From contig JBJKQR010000054.1 in assembly GCA_046735395.1 (NCBI GenBank), forward strand, positions 1 to 53,257: a DNA stretch of 53,257 nt, in the 5' to 3' direction. The notes beneath the pieces are model-generated. The model was not told the DNA's origin and made no database searches. It saw nothing but the letters and a program-made list of their open reading frames with translations. The position numbers were made by a program, and so were the translations under genes. The DNA is from Fidelibacterota bacterium (GTDB lineage Bacteria; Fidelibacterota; Fidelibacteria; Fidelibacterales; DSDE01). Shown piece after piece: positions 6,842-16,886 of this stretch (its first letter is position 1; every line of letters begins with the position of its first letter).

Positions 6842-9800
6842 ATGCTGGCTGTCCGAAAACCCATCTCCATCCTTATGTTGACTCTGGCGCTCCTTTTGAT
6901 AGGATTCCAGGCTGGCAGGAAACTTCAGATCAGTTTTTTACCGGATATTGACTATCCGGAATTTTTAATATTTTGCCGTTACGAGGGGGGAAGTGCGCAG
7001 GATATAGAACATCGGCTTATCCGCCCTTTGGAAGCATCCTTATCCGGTATACATGGAATCAGGGACATGCAATCCTGGTCCCGGGATGAACAGGGGTTCA
7101 TCCATTTGAAATTTACCTGGAATACGGATATGCAGTTTGCCTTTTTACGGGTCCGCGAAAAGATTGACCTTGCCATGGACAAACTGCCCCGGGATATAGA
7201 GCAGCCGAGTATATTGGATTTTAATCCCTCCTCTGTTCCGGTATTGCGTTTTATGCTGTCAGGCAGGATGGATATAATGTCTTTGTCACATTTTGCTGCC
7301 GACATGCTTCAGCCCCGTCTCGCTCAGGTTGATGGAATCGCTGGAATCAGTTTGGCCGGGACACCGGAAGAGGCGATACAGATTCTTATTGATCAAAAGA
7401 AGACAGAGAAGTATCAACTTAGCCATGAAGATATCCTCAGAGCCATCCGGAACAACACACCAGGACAGAGTTTTTCGCAGGATATCACATCAGGATATGC
7501 CGTGCATAAGCTCACCGTGACTTTTCCTGTGGACAAGCCGGAGGATCTGTTGCAACTTCCGCTGACAAACCACAATGAGATCCCTCTCATTCTGGGAGAC
7601 ATTGCCCGGGTGAAGAGGGCTCCGCTTCCATTTTACGGGTTTAATTACAGTGACACAAGTGTTGCAATGACGGTCAGCGTGTACAAGGAAGCCCGGACTA
7701 ATACCATGGATGCCAGCGACCGGGTCCGCAGGGAATTGGAAAATATCAGGCAGGAGTATCCTGAATTACAGATTGAGATGATCAATGATACCGGCTCCTT
7801 TGTTAAGGAGGCCACACATAGCCTCAAACTTGCTATCATTTTTGGTTCGGGTCTTGCTTTTTTGATCATCCTCCTCTTCCTGGGAGAATTGCGATCCGCT
7901 TTATTATTACTGCTTATTGTTCCTGTCACTCTGATCATCAGCTTCATTCTGTTTTATCTTTTGGATATTTCCATGAATTTCATGACTTTGGGCGGACTGG
8001 CTTTGGCTGTGGGCCTTATTGTGGACAATGGCATTGTCCTGCTGGATTCCCTATTTCAAAATTATGATCCCGGGCGGCATGAAAGGTCAGTGACACGCGG
8101 AACGCAAAAGGTCAGCAATGCCATCGTTGCCTCGACATTAACTTCCATATCCATCTTCATCCCGCTTATCTATATCAAAGGGTATTCCTCCATTCTATTC
8201 ATGGATCAGGCAAAAGCGATCATTGTTACATTATTGCTTTCCCTCTTTGTTTCTCTCTGGGTTGTTCCCGCCTTATACAGTCTGATGATGAGATCAAAAT
8301 TTACACATCCGTCACGACAGATTAAGGCCAGAGCGGGAACCCATGACTACCTATTTAAAAACATTCGCAAGGGAAGGAATCTGATCAAGACATCCATCCG
8401 TCCATTTGTGATTCCGTATCAACGAATAAATACACTATTTTCAGGTTTATACAGAATGAGTGAAGTGCTCTATCATCAAACGCTGTCCCATTTCTTGAAT
8501 CACAAGAAGCACTTATTCATCCTTCTTCTGTTTATAGGGGGATTGACTATCATCGTTTGGCAGACCGGATTGGAAAAAAGAAGTTGGCCCGAAATTGCAG
8601 TGGATCAGGCCAGGCTCTGGATTGAAGTCCCAGATTATGTACCTTTTGATGTCATTCAGGAAGAAATGACACAGACGCTACAGTTATTGCAGGCCCGGCC
8701 CGAGATAGACAAGGTATTTTCACGGATATATTCCGCCAGAGCAAAAGAGCCGCATGATGCAGAGCTATTGCAGTTAAAACCGGGATTCTATAGTATTCTA
8801 TTTGAATTGAAACTGAACCATGCGTACCATGAATCCGAATTCAGAAGCATTGATTTTTCACCCCTCATCAGCCTGCCCTTTACGTCATTCCAGGCGGAAC
8901 AGCACAGTCATTTAAAACAAGAGCTGCTTAAACAAAACAGGAATGATTTTCAGGTCTTTTTCCAGGCAGATAACAGGGATAATGCTGAAGAATTAGCTAC
9001 AGAATTCAGTTGGTGGCTTACAAATGATATGGGAATAAATGATCCCATCATCAACCTGGGAATAAAAACACAGGTGATTCAGGCGAAACTTAATGAGCTG
9101 ATGCGGAAAAAGTATCAGCTGAATTCCCTGCGCCTTTCAGAAAATCTGGCTTTGATGATTTCCGGTAAATTGGCAACAACCTGGCCTGAAGGGGATAAAC
9201 AGCTCCCTGTGATCGTAAAAAATGATCAGGAGGCGGTTCCGGATATACACGAACTGTTGAAAATGGGTCAGATTCAGAGTGGAACATCCCTCCCTTACTC
9301 ATCACTCTTTGATGTTCAGAAAATATGGAAAACAAATGAAATACAGCGTGTGAACCAAAAGCGGGTCATCAGTGTGGAAGCAGATATTCCAGGTTCTGAC
9401 CTGAACAAGGTTTACCGTCAGGCACAGCAATGGATCCGAAATAAAAAGACCGATAGCGAGGATATTTTTTTCGCTGAAGCATTTACAGAAAATATTCAAT
9501 CAAACAGGGATCTGGTCCAGGCCTTTATCCTTGCCGTACTCATTGTGTATCTCCTGCTTGCTGCCCAGTTTGAATCGTTTATACATCCTCTGAATGTTAT
9601 GTTCACCGTTCCCATTGGACTATCAGGAGCCATTTTGACCTTGTCCATGATGAATCAGTCCCTCAATGTTATTTCCATCATAGGGAGCATTATGCTTATT
9701 GGCATCGGTGTCAATGATGCCATCATTAAACTGGATTATATGGTCAGACTCAAGCGAGATGAAGGCCTTTCAGTACGGGAGGCAATCATGACAACGAGCA

Positions 9801-9994
9801 GACACAAGTTGCGGCCGGTTCTGATGACAACGCTGACGACAATAGCGGCCATGCTGCCTATGGCCTTTGGATATGGCGGGAATGCCGAAATCAATCAGCC
9901 TCTGGCTCTCACAATTATTGGCGGCTTATTTTTCACAACGCTTTTTACTCTTTTTGTGACTCCCGTTCTTTTCGAACTTTTTGAAAAGGACTGA
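6842..9994 (+). CDS. RND efflux permease (AcrB/AcrD/AcrF family), subunit 1
   Basis: 1050 aa with GLIVDNGIV, AQFESFIHP and LRPVLMTTLTT motifs and a 12-TM layout. Confidence 0.92.
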   Translation: MLAVRKPISILMLTLALLLIGFQAGRKLQISFLPDIDYPEFLIFCRYEGGSAQDIEHRLIRPLEASLSGIHGIRDMQSWSRDEQGFIHLKFTWNTDMQFAFLRVREKIDLAMDKLPRDIEQPSILDFNPSSVPVLRFMLSGRMDIMSLSHFAADMLQPRLAQVDGIAGISLAGTPEEAIQILIDQKKTEKYQLSHEDILRAIRNNTPGQSFSQDITSGYAVHKLTVTFPVDKPEDLLQLPLTNHNEIPLILGDIARVKRAPLPFYGFNYSDTSVAMTVSVYKEARTNTMDASDRVRRELENIRQEYPELQIEMINDTGSFVKEATHSLKLAIIFGSGLAFLIILLFLGELRSALLLLLIVPVTLIISFILFYLLDISMNFMTLGGLALAVGLIVDNGIVLLDSLFQNYDPGRHERSVTRGTQKVSNAIVASTLTSISIFIPLIYIKGYSSILFMDQAKAIIVTLLLSLFVSLWVVPALYSLMMRSKFTHPSRQIKARAGTHDYLFKNIRKGRNLIKTSIRPFVIPYQRINTLFSGLYRMSEVLYHQTLSHFLNHKKHLFILLLFIGGLTIIVWQTGLEKRSWPEIAVDQARLWIEVPDYVPFDVIQEEMTQTLQLLQARPEIDKVFSRIYSARAKEPHDAELLQLKPGFYSILFELKLNHAYHESEFRSIDFSPLISLPFTSFQAEQHSHLKQELLKQNRNDFQVFFQADNRDNAEELATEFSWWLTNDMGINDPIINLGIKTQVIQAKLNELMRKKYQLNSLRLSENLALMISGKLATTWPEGDKQLPVIVKNDQEAVPDIHELLKMGQIQSGTSLPYSSLFDVQKIWKTNEIQRVNQKRVISVEADIPGSDLNKVYRQAQQWIRNKKTDSEDIFFAEAFTENIQSNRDLVQAFILAVLIVYLLLAAQFESFIHPLNVMFTVPIGLSGAILTLSMMNQSLNVISIIGSIMLIGIGVNDAIIKLDYMVRLKRDEGLSVREAIMTTSRHKLRPVLMTTLTTIAAMLPMAFGYGGNAEINQPLALTIIGGLFFTTLFTLFVTPVLFELFEKD

Positions 9995-9997
9995 TCC

Positions 9998-12900
9998 ATG
10001 AAATTTCTGCAATTCATTCTGAAACATCCCGCTGGCATACTTATCTCCATGCTGCTTGTTGCCGTCCTTGGAATTACCTCGTTCGAACATATTCCCATAG
10101 AAATACGTCCCATGGCGGATTTTGACGGCTTGGATGATACATACCGACTGAGAATAACAGCAGTATGGCCGGGCCAAACAGCAGAGATCATGCAGAAAAT
10201 GGGCACCTCCCTTATCGAAGAGCAGTGTATGCAGATGGATGCTCTTCAAAATATTCTGACGTCTACAACCCAATCCAGAGCTTATCTTACTCTGGAATTC
10301 CCGAATAATGACCAAAAGACATACTACTATATCCATGTCCGTGAAAAACTGAGATATTTGCAAAATACAGACCAGCTCCCGGCAGATATGGAATTAAGCC
10401 TTCAACCTCTCTACAGCAATGACGATGCTCAGAAGCAGGCATCTGATCCTTTCATGGAAATTCGGATGAATGGCGATATGACGCTGAATCAGTTGAGAAG
10501 ACTATGTGATCAGGTGGTTGTGACCGGACTTCAGAGCGTGGAGGCAGTAAGTGATGTGAAAGTATTCGGTGGGTCACACGCCTATATCGCGATCAATGTG
10601 TTGCCTGAACGTCTTGAGGAATATTCCATTGCACCGGATCAAATTTTTGAGCAATTACGGGCACAATTCAATTATCTGGGGCTGGGTTGGGTAAAGGATG
10701 TCAATTCTCCACGGCTCCTTGTCTCAGATAATCAATATCAGTCCATTGAACAGCTTGCACAGCTGGAATTGATTCCGGGTGTGAAACTGAAGGATGTGGC
10801 TCAACTCAGTGTTGAGTATGAAAAACCGACTACGTTTTCTCGGCGGAATCACATGCCAATGATTACCCTTCAGGTATTCAAGCGTCCCTACGACAATGCA
10901 CTGGATTTTTCAAGAGAATTGCTTGCTGCCATTGACGAATTGGAAAGGGAACTTCCCGGGTCGGTCGAGCTCCTGGTTCACTCGAATCAGGTCCATGAGC
11001 TGAAACGGGAAATCAGGGCGTTTACACTTCGAATATCAGTGATCCTTGGGGTGATACTCATTATTTTGTATAGTGTGTTCAGAACAATCAGTCCGACATT
11101 CATCGTATTAATCGTCAGCTTTTTTACCTTCTGTATCACATCCCTGTTTCTCTTTCTCACACAATATACTTTGAATATCATGACCCTGGCAAGTATTGCT
11201 CTCGTTTTGGGTTTACTGGTGGATAATGCTATTGTTATCATTGAAAATATCCAATTTTATCATTTCAAGGGCGAATCTCCCCATCAGGCGGCACTTCAGG
11301 GATCAGGTGAAATGTTTTCGCCTTTACTGGCGTCTTCCCTGACCACCATATTTGTATTTCTGGCCCTGCTTCTGCTGACAGATCGTCTTGGAAATTATTA
11401 TCACTCTATGGCGTGGATTCTGGGCATAACACTCCTGACCTCTCTGCTCATATCGGCTGTACTGATCCCGGCATTTTTTGTGTACAAACCTCACTTATTG
11501 TTTATCCATCGGTCGAAACACTCAGAGCATGGTTGGTATCAAAAAAGCATACATTTTTTACTCGTTCATCCTCTGAAAACAATGATGCTGGCAATCAGTA
11601 TCCTGACGGCTGTGTTCTGGTATTTTTTTGCTCATATTGAAACAGGAAGCCTGCAAAGGCCAGCCAAAGCGATAAACACAACCCGCCTCCAGATCAGTGC
11701 GCCACAGGGAATACGCTTTGATACACTGGATGATATGGTGCAATCATTTGAAAACATTGCATGCAGCAACTCCCCCATGGCAGATGTAAATAGTTACATT
11801 GATCAGACAAATGCAAGGGCTTCCATCCTTATTCAGTATCCGGAGACACTGTCAGACGCATTTCTTCCCTACCGAACGGAAGCAAAACTGATCAGTCAGG
11901 CAGTGGATTACGCCGGAGTGGGGATCTATATCAGCGGATATTTCCCGGAGCCCTATTCCAATGGGGGCTATAAGATTTATACTATGTACAATTCACAACT
12001 GAAAATGACAGGACCGGATTATGACAGACTGTGGACCTTGTCTGAGAGTGTAATGGAACGTGTCCGAAAGGACAGACGGGTGGGCGAAACCATCATCACA
12101 CCCTCCGGCCGAAATTTATGGTCCATGCAGAATGAAGGACATAACTATCAGTATATTGCGGATTACCGTACAATGTGGGAAAAGGGGCTGTCACTCAATG
12201 ATGCATATTTTTCCTTATATCAACTTTTTCCTGCTGTATCTGCTCAATTTGACATGAGCATCGGCAGACAGAATTTCCCGGTCAAAATCCGGTCATCAAC
12301 ACAGATTCCGGAATATGATGAAATTCAACACAGTATTCTTCATTTTTCTTCAGAAAAGGATCAGTACTTTTCAGATATATTTAAACCAGTCCGTGAAAAA
12401 AAAATTCAATGGATAGACAAGAAAAATCAACAATTCCAGTTTACCCTGGCATGGGATTATCGTGGCCCCTGGGAATTAAGTCAACAGCATGTGCAGATGG
12501 TGCTTGACCAGATATCTCTGCCTCCCGGCTATTCTCTGAAAGCTCCGAACTATAATTATTTGAAATTATCAGAAAAAAGGGAATTGAATACCATGTTGAT
12601 ATGGGTTCCGATTGGACTTTTCATCATTCTGGCTGTTCTGTATAATTCGCTTTGGGAACCCCTGGTCATTTTTCTGACCGTACCCTTTTCCCTGATTGGG
12701 GTCTTTCTCTTCTATAGTCTGACATCAAAGGATTTCTCTGCCGATTCCTATATCGGGATCATTATTTTATTGGGGATTGTGGTAAATGATGCCATTGTAC
12801 TTGTTGACAGAATATCGCAATGTGTCAGGACACAGCAGGACACGACCATTAATCTGATCATCCAGGCTGCCCGGGAACGGTTCAGACCCATCTTAATGAC

Positions 12901-13108
12901 CACAATAACTACGGTAGGAGGGCTGGTCCCTCTCCTGTTCATTGACAATGGGCAGACACAGCTGGCGGGAATTTTGAGTGAACTCGGCATGATCATGATC
13001 ACGGGCTTAATGTCCTCCACTTTGTTCACCATCAGCTTTATCCCTGTCATCTATTTGCTTTTTTATCGAATCATTTATAGAAATGAAGACGTAATCATAC
13101 CAGAATAA
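9998..13108 (+). CDS. RND efflux permease (AcrB/AcrD/AcrF family), subunit 2
   Basis: 1036 aa with GLLVDNAIVIIEN, GIVVNDAIVLVD and RFRPILMTT motifs. Confidence 0.92.
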   Translation: MKFLQFILKHPAGILISMLLVAVLGITSFEHIPIEIRPMADFDGLDDTYRLRITAVWPGQTAEIMQKMGTSLIEEQCMQMDALQNILTSTTQSRAYLTLEFPNNDQKTYYYIHVREKLRYLQNTDQLPADMELSLQPLYSNDDAQKQASDPFMEIRMNGDMTLNQLRRLCDQVVVTGLQSVEAVSDVKVFGGSHAYIAINVLPERLEEYSIAPDQIFEQLRAQFNYLGLGWVKDVNSPRLLVSDNQYQSIEQLAQLELIPGVKLKDVAQLSVEYEKPTTFSRRNHMPMITLQVFKRPYDNALDFSRELLAAIDELERELPGSVELLVHSNQVHELKREIRAFTLRISVILGVILIILYSVFRTISPTFIVLIVSFFTFCITSLFLFLTQYTLNIMTLASIALVLGLLVDNAIVIIENIQFYHFKGESPHQAALQGSGEMFSPLLASSLTTIFVFLALLLLTDRLGNYYHSMAWILGITLLTSLLISAVLIPAFFVYKPHLLFIHRSKHSEHGWYQKSIHFLLVHPLKTMMLAISILTAVFWYFFAHIETGSLQRPAKAINTTRLQISAPQGIRFDTLDDMVQSFENIACSNSPMADVNSYIDQTNARASILIQYPETLSDAFLPYRTEAKLISQAVDYAGVGIYISGYFPEPYSNGGYKIYTMYNSQLKMTGPDYDRLWTLSESVMERVRKDRRVGETIITPSGRNLWSMQNEGHNYQYIADYRTMWEKGLSLNDAYFSLYQLFPAVSAQFDMSIGRQNFPVKIRSSTQIPEYDEIQHSILHFSSEKDQYFSDIFKPVREKKIQWIDKKNQQFQFTLAWDYRGPWELSQQHVQMVLDQISLPPGYSLKAPNYNYLKLSEKRELNTMLIWVPIGLFIILAVLYNSLWEPLVIFLTVPFSLIGVFLFYSLTSKDFSADSYIGIIILLGIVVNDAIVLVDRISQCVRTQQDTTINLIIQAARERFRPILMTTITTVGGLVPLLFIDNGQTQLAGILSELGMIMITGLMSSTLFTISFIPVIYLLFYRIIYRNEDVIIPE

Positions 13109-13123
13109 TACTTAGGATCTACT

Positions 13124-14410
13124 ATGAATAAAATGCTGTTAATTTGTATCAACTTTCTCCTCGTCGCTTTGCTGTATGGAGGTGAGACCTTGCCTTTTGA
13201 TCCATATTTTGAAAAAGCAATGAGAAACCATCCTGAGATCATCAGTGCAAAATTGGATATTGATATACAGAAACTGGAAAGTAAAGATGCATATTTTTCC
13301 TATCTTCCACTTCCCACTTTATCCATAAACAGTCAAAACAGTGTACAGGGAGCAAGGAAAGTTCCTTTGGGAGGTGATATTTACTATCAGGAGGCTCGCA
13401 GCTTCACAAGTCATTCCGCAGCGGTATCCATGTCATATTATCTATGGAAATGGGGTGAGACGCATCGCATGCTTTCCATACGGACCCTTGCGGAAGAACA
13501 GAAACGCCTGAATTATATCAGCCTGTATCGAAAACAACTTATGGCATTGGTTCATGATCTAATTGACGGACAACGAAAATATTACCAGAAAGAGTTGGGA
13601 ATACAGCGTTTGAATTCGCTGGCACGGGAAAAGAATATTCTTGAGACTAAAGTGGAAAGAGGGAATGCCTCTGCAGTTACAAGCTGGAAAATGAATGCTG
13701 AAATACGTCTTGATTCCAGCCGAATTAAACTGCTGGAGGATGAATACACAAACCTATACGAAAGCATTGTTACACAGTATGGCATTGAATTTTCAGCAAG
13801 GGACATCATTCAGGATGTGAACAGCTTTTCATACAATACGCAAAAGCCGGGGGTTGTAAGTCCTGAAATCCGGGAAATTGAAGAGAAAATCAAATCTGCG
13901 GAAATAGAGCTGAAATCGATACAGTGGAATAAGTATCCCGATATTGGAGTGAATGTGGGATATTATCGGAGTGGAACCCAACCCCTGGATGTCTGGTCGA
14001 CCTGGAATGAAAATTGGAATGCGGGAGCCAGCTTAAATATTTCTTTCAGATTCATTGATTTATTTAGTGAAAAACCAAAATCTGAAATAAAACGGCTACA
14101 GATCCGGCAATTCCAACAACAATTAAATCAATATCTCAAGGACCAGAATCAATGGTATGTGCAAATCAAACGGGATCTTGAATCGGCAAAATCTAACATA
14201 ATGATGCTAGAATCCAATGGTGAGTTATACAATAAAATATATGACTATGAATATAAACGCTTTCAGCAGGGATTGATCAATTTTGAAGATTTTAATAGTG
14301 TTCGCAGAGAATACACCCAAAACCAGGTGTATCTTCAGGATGCCTATTTGCACTATCTTGAATTATTATATGAATATTACATAAATATTGGGAAGTATGA
14401 TCCACTATAA
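13124..14410 (+). CDS. TolC-family outer membrane efflux protein
   Basis: Signal peptide, AMRNHPEI, SYLP, YP-I-V-VGY and two helical repeats ending KVERG / KRFQQGL; follows the RND genes. Confidence 0.8.
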   Translation: MNKMLLICINFLLVALLYGGETLPFDPYFEKAMRNHPEIISAKLDIDIQKLESKDAYFSYLPLPTLSINSQNSVQGARKVPLGGDIYYQEARSFTSHSAAVSMSYYLWKWGETHRMLSIRTLAEEQKRLNYISLYRKQLMALVHDLIDGQRKYYQKELGIQRLNSLAREKNILETKVERGNASAVTSWKMNAEIRLDSSRIKLLEDEYTNLYESIVTQYGIEFSARDIIQDVNSFSYNTQKPGVVSPEIREIEEKIKSAEIELKSIQWNKYPDIGVNVGYYRSGTQPLDVWSTWNENWNAGASLNISFRFIDLFSEKPKSEIKRLQIRQFQQQLNQYLKDQNQWYVQIKRDLESAKSNIMMLESNGELYNKIYDYEYKRFQQGLINFEDFNSVRREYTQNQVYLQDAYLHYLELLYEYYINIGKYDPL

Positions 14411-14434
14411 ATAAATCTATGAAATCGATGTGGT

Positions 14435-14491
14435 TCCGGTATCCGATCCGGTATCCGGCATCTTTGTCCAACCATGTCCAATACTGACCAA
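14435..14491. repeat. Short direct repeats at the island edge (possible integrase arm-type sites)
   Basis: TCCGGTATCCG(A/G) x2 at 14435-14458; TGTCCAA, TGTCCAA and TGACCAA at 14465, 14475 and 14485 (exact 10-bp period). Confidence 0.55.
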
Positions 14492-14523
14492 TTAGTGGGT
14501 GATTTTGAGAAAAATCGAACAGA

Positions 14524-14560
14524 TAATAAAAACCCTCAAGTGATTGTTCCTGAGGGTTTT
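14524..14560 (-). terminator. Rho-independent terminator downstream of tRNA-Phe
   Basis: Stem AAAACCCTCA (14529-14538) / TGAGGGTTTT (14551-14560); on the minus strand it ends in a T-rich tract. Confidence 0.65.
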
Positions 14561-14567
14561 AGAGAAG

Positions 14568-14640
14568 TGGCCCGGACCGGAATCGAACCAGTGACACAGG
14601 GATTTTCAGTCCCCTGCTCTACCGACTGAGCTACCAGGCC
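14568..14640 (-). tRNA. tRNA-Phe (GAA), CCA not encoded
   Basis: Reverse complement GGCCTGGTAGCTCAGTCGGTAGAGCAGGGGACTGAAAATCCCTGTGTCACTGGTTCGATTCCGGTCCGGGCCA folds as a cloverleaf with anticodon GAA and a GTTCGA T-loop. Confidence 0.97.
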
Positions 14641-14815
14641 ACGCTATCAAAAAGCCCGAAAATATAGAGAATATTTTTTTCACAGCCAAACAAAAACTTC
14701 CGCCTGTAAAATTTTGTCTTTTCACCTTCCTGCAAATCCGCTGTGCTCTCATTTCTGCGTTTCTCTTCCGCACGAATCTTGCTACATTATTAACGTTTAA
14801 AATAAGGAGTTTACT

Positions 14816-15973
14816 ATGACAAAGCCCGTAAGAGCTGTGACGGTGTTATCGGAAGAGGAACAGCTGTTCTTTGACATGGTGAAGGATTTCGCGGACAAGG
14901 AGATCCGTCCCCATGTGGAACAGATGGACCGGGAGGCAAAACTCCACGAAAGCATTCTGCCCAAATGTTTTGAGATGGGCCTCATGGGTATCGAAATTCC
15001 GGAGAAGTTCAATGGCAGCGGCGGCGATTTCTTCATGTCCATCCTGGCCATTGAGGCCATTTCCCGGGTGGATCCCAGTGTGGGTGTCGTGGTGGATGCC
15101 CAGAATACGCTGGTGAACAATCTCTTCCTCAATTATGCCTCCGACACCCTCAAGGAAAAATACCTGCCTCTGCTGGCGGAAAAATGGGTGGGCGCCTACG
15201 CGCTGTCCGAATCCGGCAGCGGTTCGGATGCCTTCGCGCTGCGGACCCGCGCCGAGGATAAGGGTGACCACTGGCTTCTCAACGGCCGGAAGCTGTGGAT
15301 CACCAATGGCGGCGACGCCAGTGTATTTGTCGTCTTCGCCAATGCAAATCCGGAAGCGGGCTACAAAGGCATCACCGCCTTTGTGATTGAAAAGGATTTT
15401 CCCGGCTTCACCGTCGGCAAGAAGGAGGACAAGCTCGGCATCCGTGCCTCCTCCACCTGCGAGTTGCTCCTCGATGACTGCCGCGTTCCCAGGGACCATG
15501 TCATCGGCGAAATCGGCAAGGGCTACAAGGTTGCCATTGAAACCCTGAACGAGGGACGCATCGGTATCGGCGCCCAGATGCTGGGCCTGGCTGAAGGCGC
15601 TCTGGCTCATGGCATCCGCTATATTCAGGAACGGGAACAGTTCGGGCGAAAACTGGCCGGCTTCCAGGGAATTCAGTTCCAGCTCGCCGATACGGCGACG
15701 GAGGTTGAGGCCGCCCGGCTGCTCGTCTATAACGCGGCTCAGCTTCGCGAAGCCGGCAAACCCTTTATCCATCAGGCGGCCATGGCCAAGCTCTATGCTT
15801 CCCGTGCCGCAGAAAAGACGGCATCTCTGATGATCGAGTTTCACGGTGGCTACGGATTTACCCGTGAATATCCTGTGGAAAAATTGTTTCGCGATTCAAA
15901 AATCGGGACGATTTACGAAGGGACTTCGAATATGCAGCGTCTCACCATCGCCAAACATCTTCTCGGGCTCTGA
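14816..15973 (+). CDS. Acyl-CoA dehydrogenase (short/branched-chain type)
   Basis: Motifs YALSESGSGSD, LNGRKLWITNG, KEDKLGIRAS, GRIGIGAQ and IYEGTSNMQ; AAGGAG RBS. Confidence 0.95.
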   Translation: MTKPVRAVTVLSEEEQLFFDMVKDFADKEIRPHVEQMDREAKLHESILPKCFEMGLMGIEIPEKFNGSGGDFFMSILAIEAISRVDPSVGVVVDAQNTLVNNLFLNYASDTLKEKYLPLLAEKWVGAYALSESGSGSDAFALRTRAEDKGDHWLLNGRKLWITNGGDASVFVVFANANPEAGYKGITAFVIEKDFPGFTVGKKEDKLGIRASSTCELLLDDCRVPRDHVIGEIGKGYKVAIETLNEGRIGIGAQMLGLAEGALAHGIRYIQEREQFGRKLAGFQGIQFQLADTATEVEAARLLVYNAAQLREAGKPFIHQAAMAKLYASRAAEKTASLMIEFHGGYGFTREYPVEKLFRDSKIGTIYEGTSNMQRLTIAKHLLGL

Positions 15974-15976
15974 TTT

Positions 15977-16801
15977 ATGATGCGCCGGCTTCGTCTGATC
16001 TGTCGTCTCCTCGGAACCTTTATCCTGGGCCTCCTTCTCATCCTCATGGTTCCCCTCGTCAGGGGGCTGATCCATCTCTTTTCTCCTGACGCGGCTCACC
16101 GCTTTGTCTTTCGCATCAGCCGTCCCGTCGGCCGGATCCTGGTCCGTCTCTACGGCATCCGCATCCGGGTCATCGGCGCTGAACAGATTCCCCGCAAACA
16201 TGGATTCATCGTCGTCGGAAATCATGTGGGCTATGCCGAACTCATCTCCCTCATTTCCCGCATTCCCGCCGTCTTCGTGGCCAAGGAGGAAGTGAAATCC
16301 TGGCCCTTTCTCGGACGGGTCTTTCAGGTCGGCGGCGAAGTCTTCGTCGACAGGGACAGCGGCGGCCGCTCCGGTGAGTATGCCGCCACTGTGGAACAGG
16401 CGCTGGCCAAACACATCAACATCTTTTTCTCACCCGAGGGAACCACGTCCGATGGAACCATTCTCCGACGCTTCAAATCGCCCCTCTTCGTCCCGGCAGA
16501 CCGGCTGAAACGGCCGGTTCTTCCCTTCGCATTTTACCCGGAAAAGATCGAGGGCAGGCCGGTGACATCCGGAAACCGTGACCTCATCCTCTGGCATTCG
16601 GACATGTCCTTCACCCCCCACTTCACCCGATTTCTGATGTTAAAATCCGTCCATGTGGTGCTGAGTTTCGGCGACGCCATCGTCCCGGATCTTCAGGATG
16701 ACAGCCTGAGTGAACGCCGGCGTTTTGCCGCTCTCATGCGCAGCAGCGTGGACGCGCTCTACCGGCCCCTTAATCCCGATTATACAGGACGGGAAGAATA
16801 A
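15977..16801 (+). CDS. Lysophospholipid acyltransferase (PlsC family)
   Basis: Motifs NHVGYAE (HX4D variant), FVAKEEV, FVDR and PEGT. Confidence 0.85.
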   Translation: MMRRLRLICRLLGTFILGLLLILMVPLVRGLIHLFSPDAAHRFVFRISRPVGRILVRLYGIRIRVIGAEQIPRKHGFIVVGNHVGYAELISLISRIPAVFVAKEEVKSWPFLGRVFQVGGEVFVDRDSGGRSGEYAATVEQALAKHINIFFSPEGTTSDGTILRRFKSPLFVPADRLKRPVLPFAFYPEKIEGRPVTSGNRDLILWHSDMSFTPHFTRFLMLKSVHVVLSFGDAIVPDLQDDSLSERRRFAALMRSSVDALYRPLNPDYTGREE

Positions 16802-16886
16802 AACAGCCGCTGAGGCATTGGCGCGTTCGCTGGTTGGCTTGTAAACCGGTACCCTTGTCTCGTAGACAAGCTACCCGCTACTGCTC

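Larger units (their letters stand above)
1..14560. mobile_element. AT-rich genomic island at the 3' end of tRNA-Phe (left end outside window)
   Basis: Sharp composition change across the tRNA; the tRNA 3' end faces the island; hairpin and direct repeats at the junction. No integrase within the window. Confidence 0.55.
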
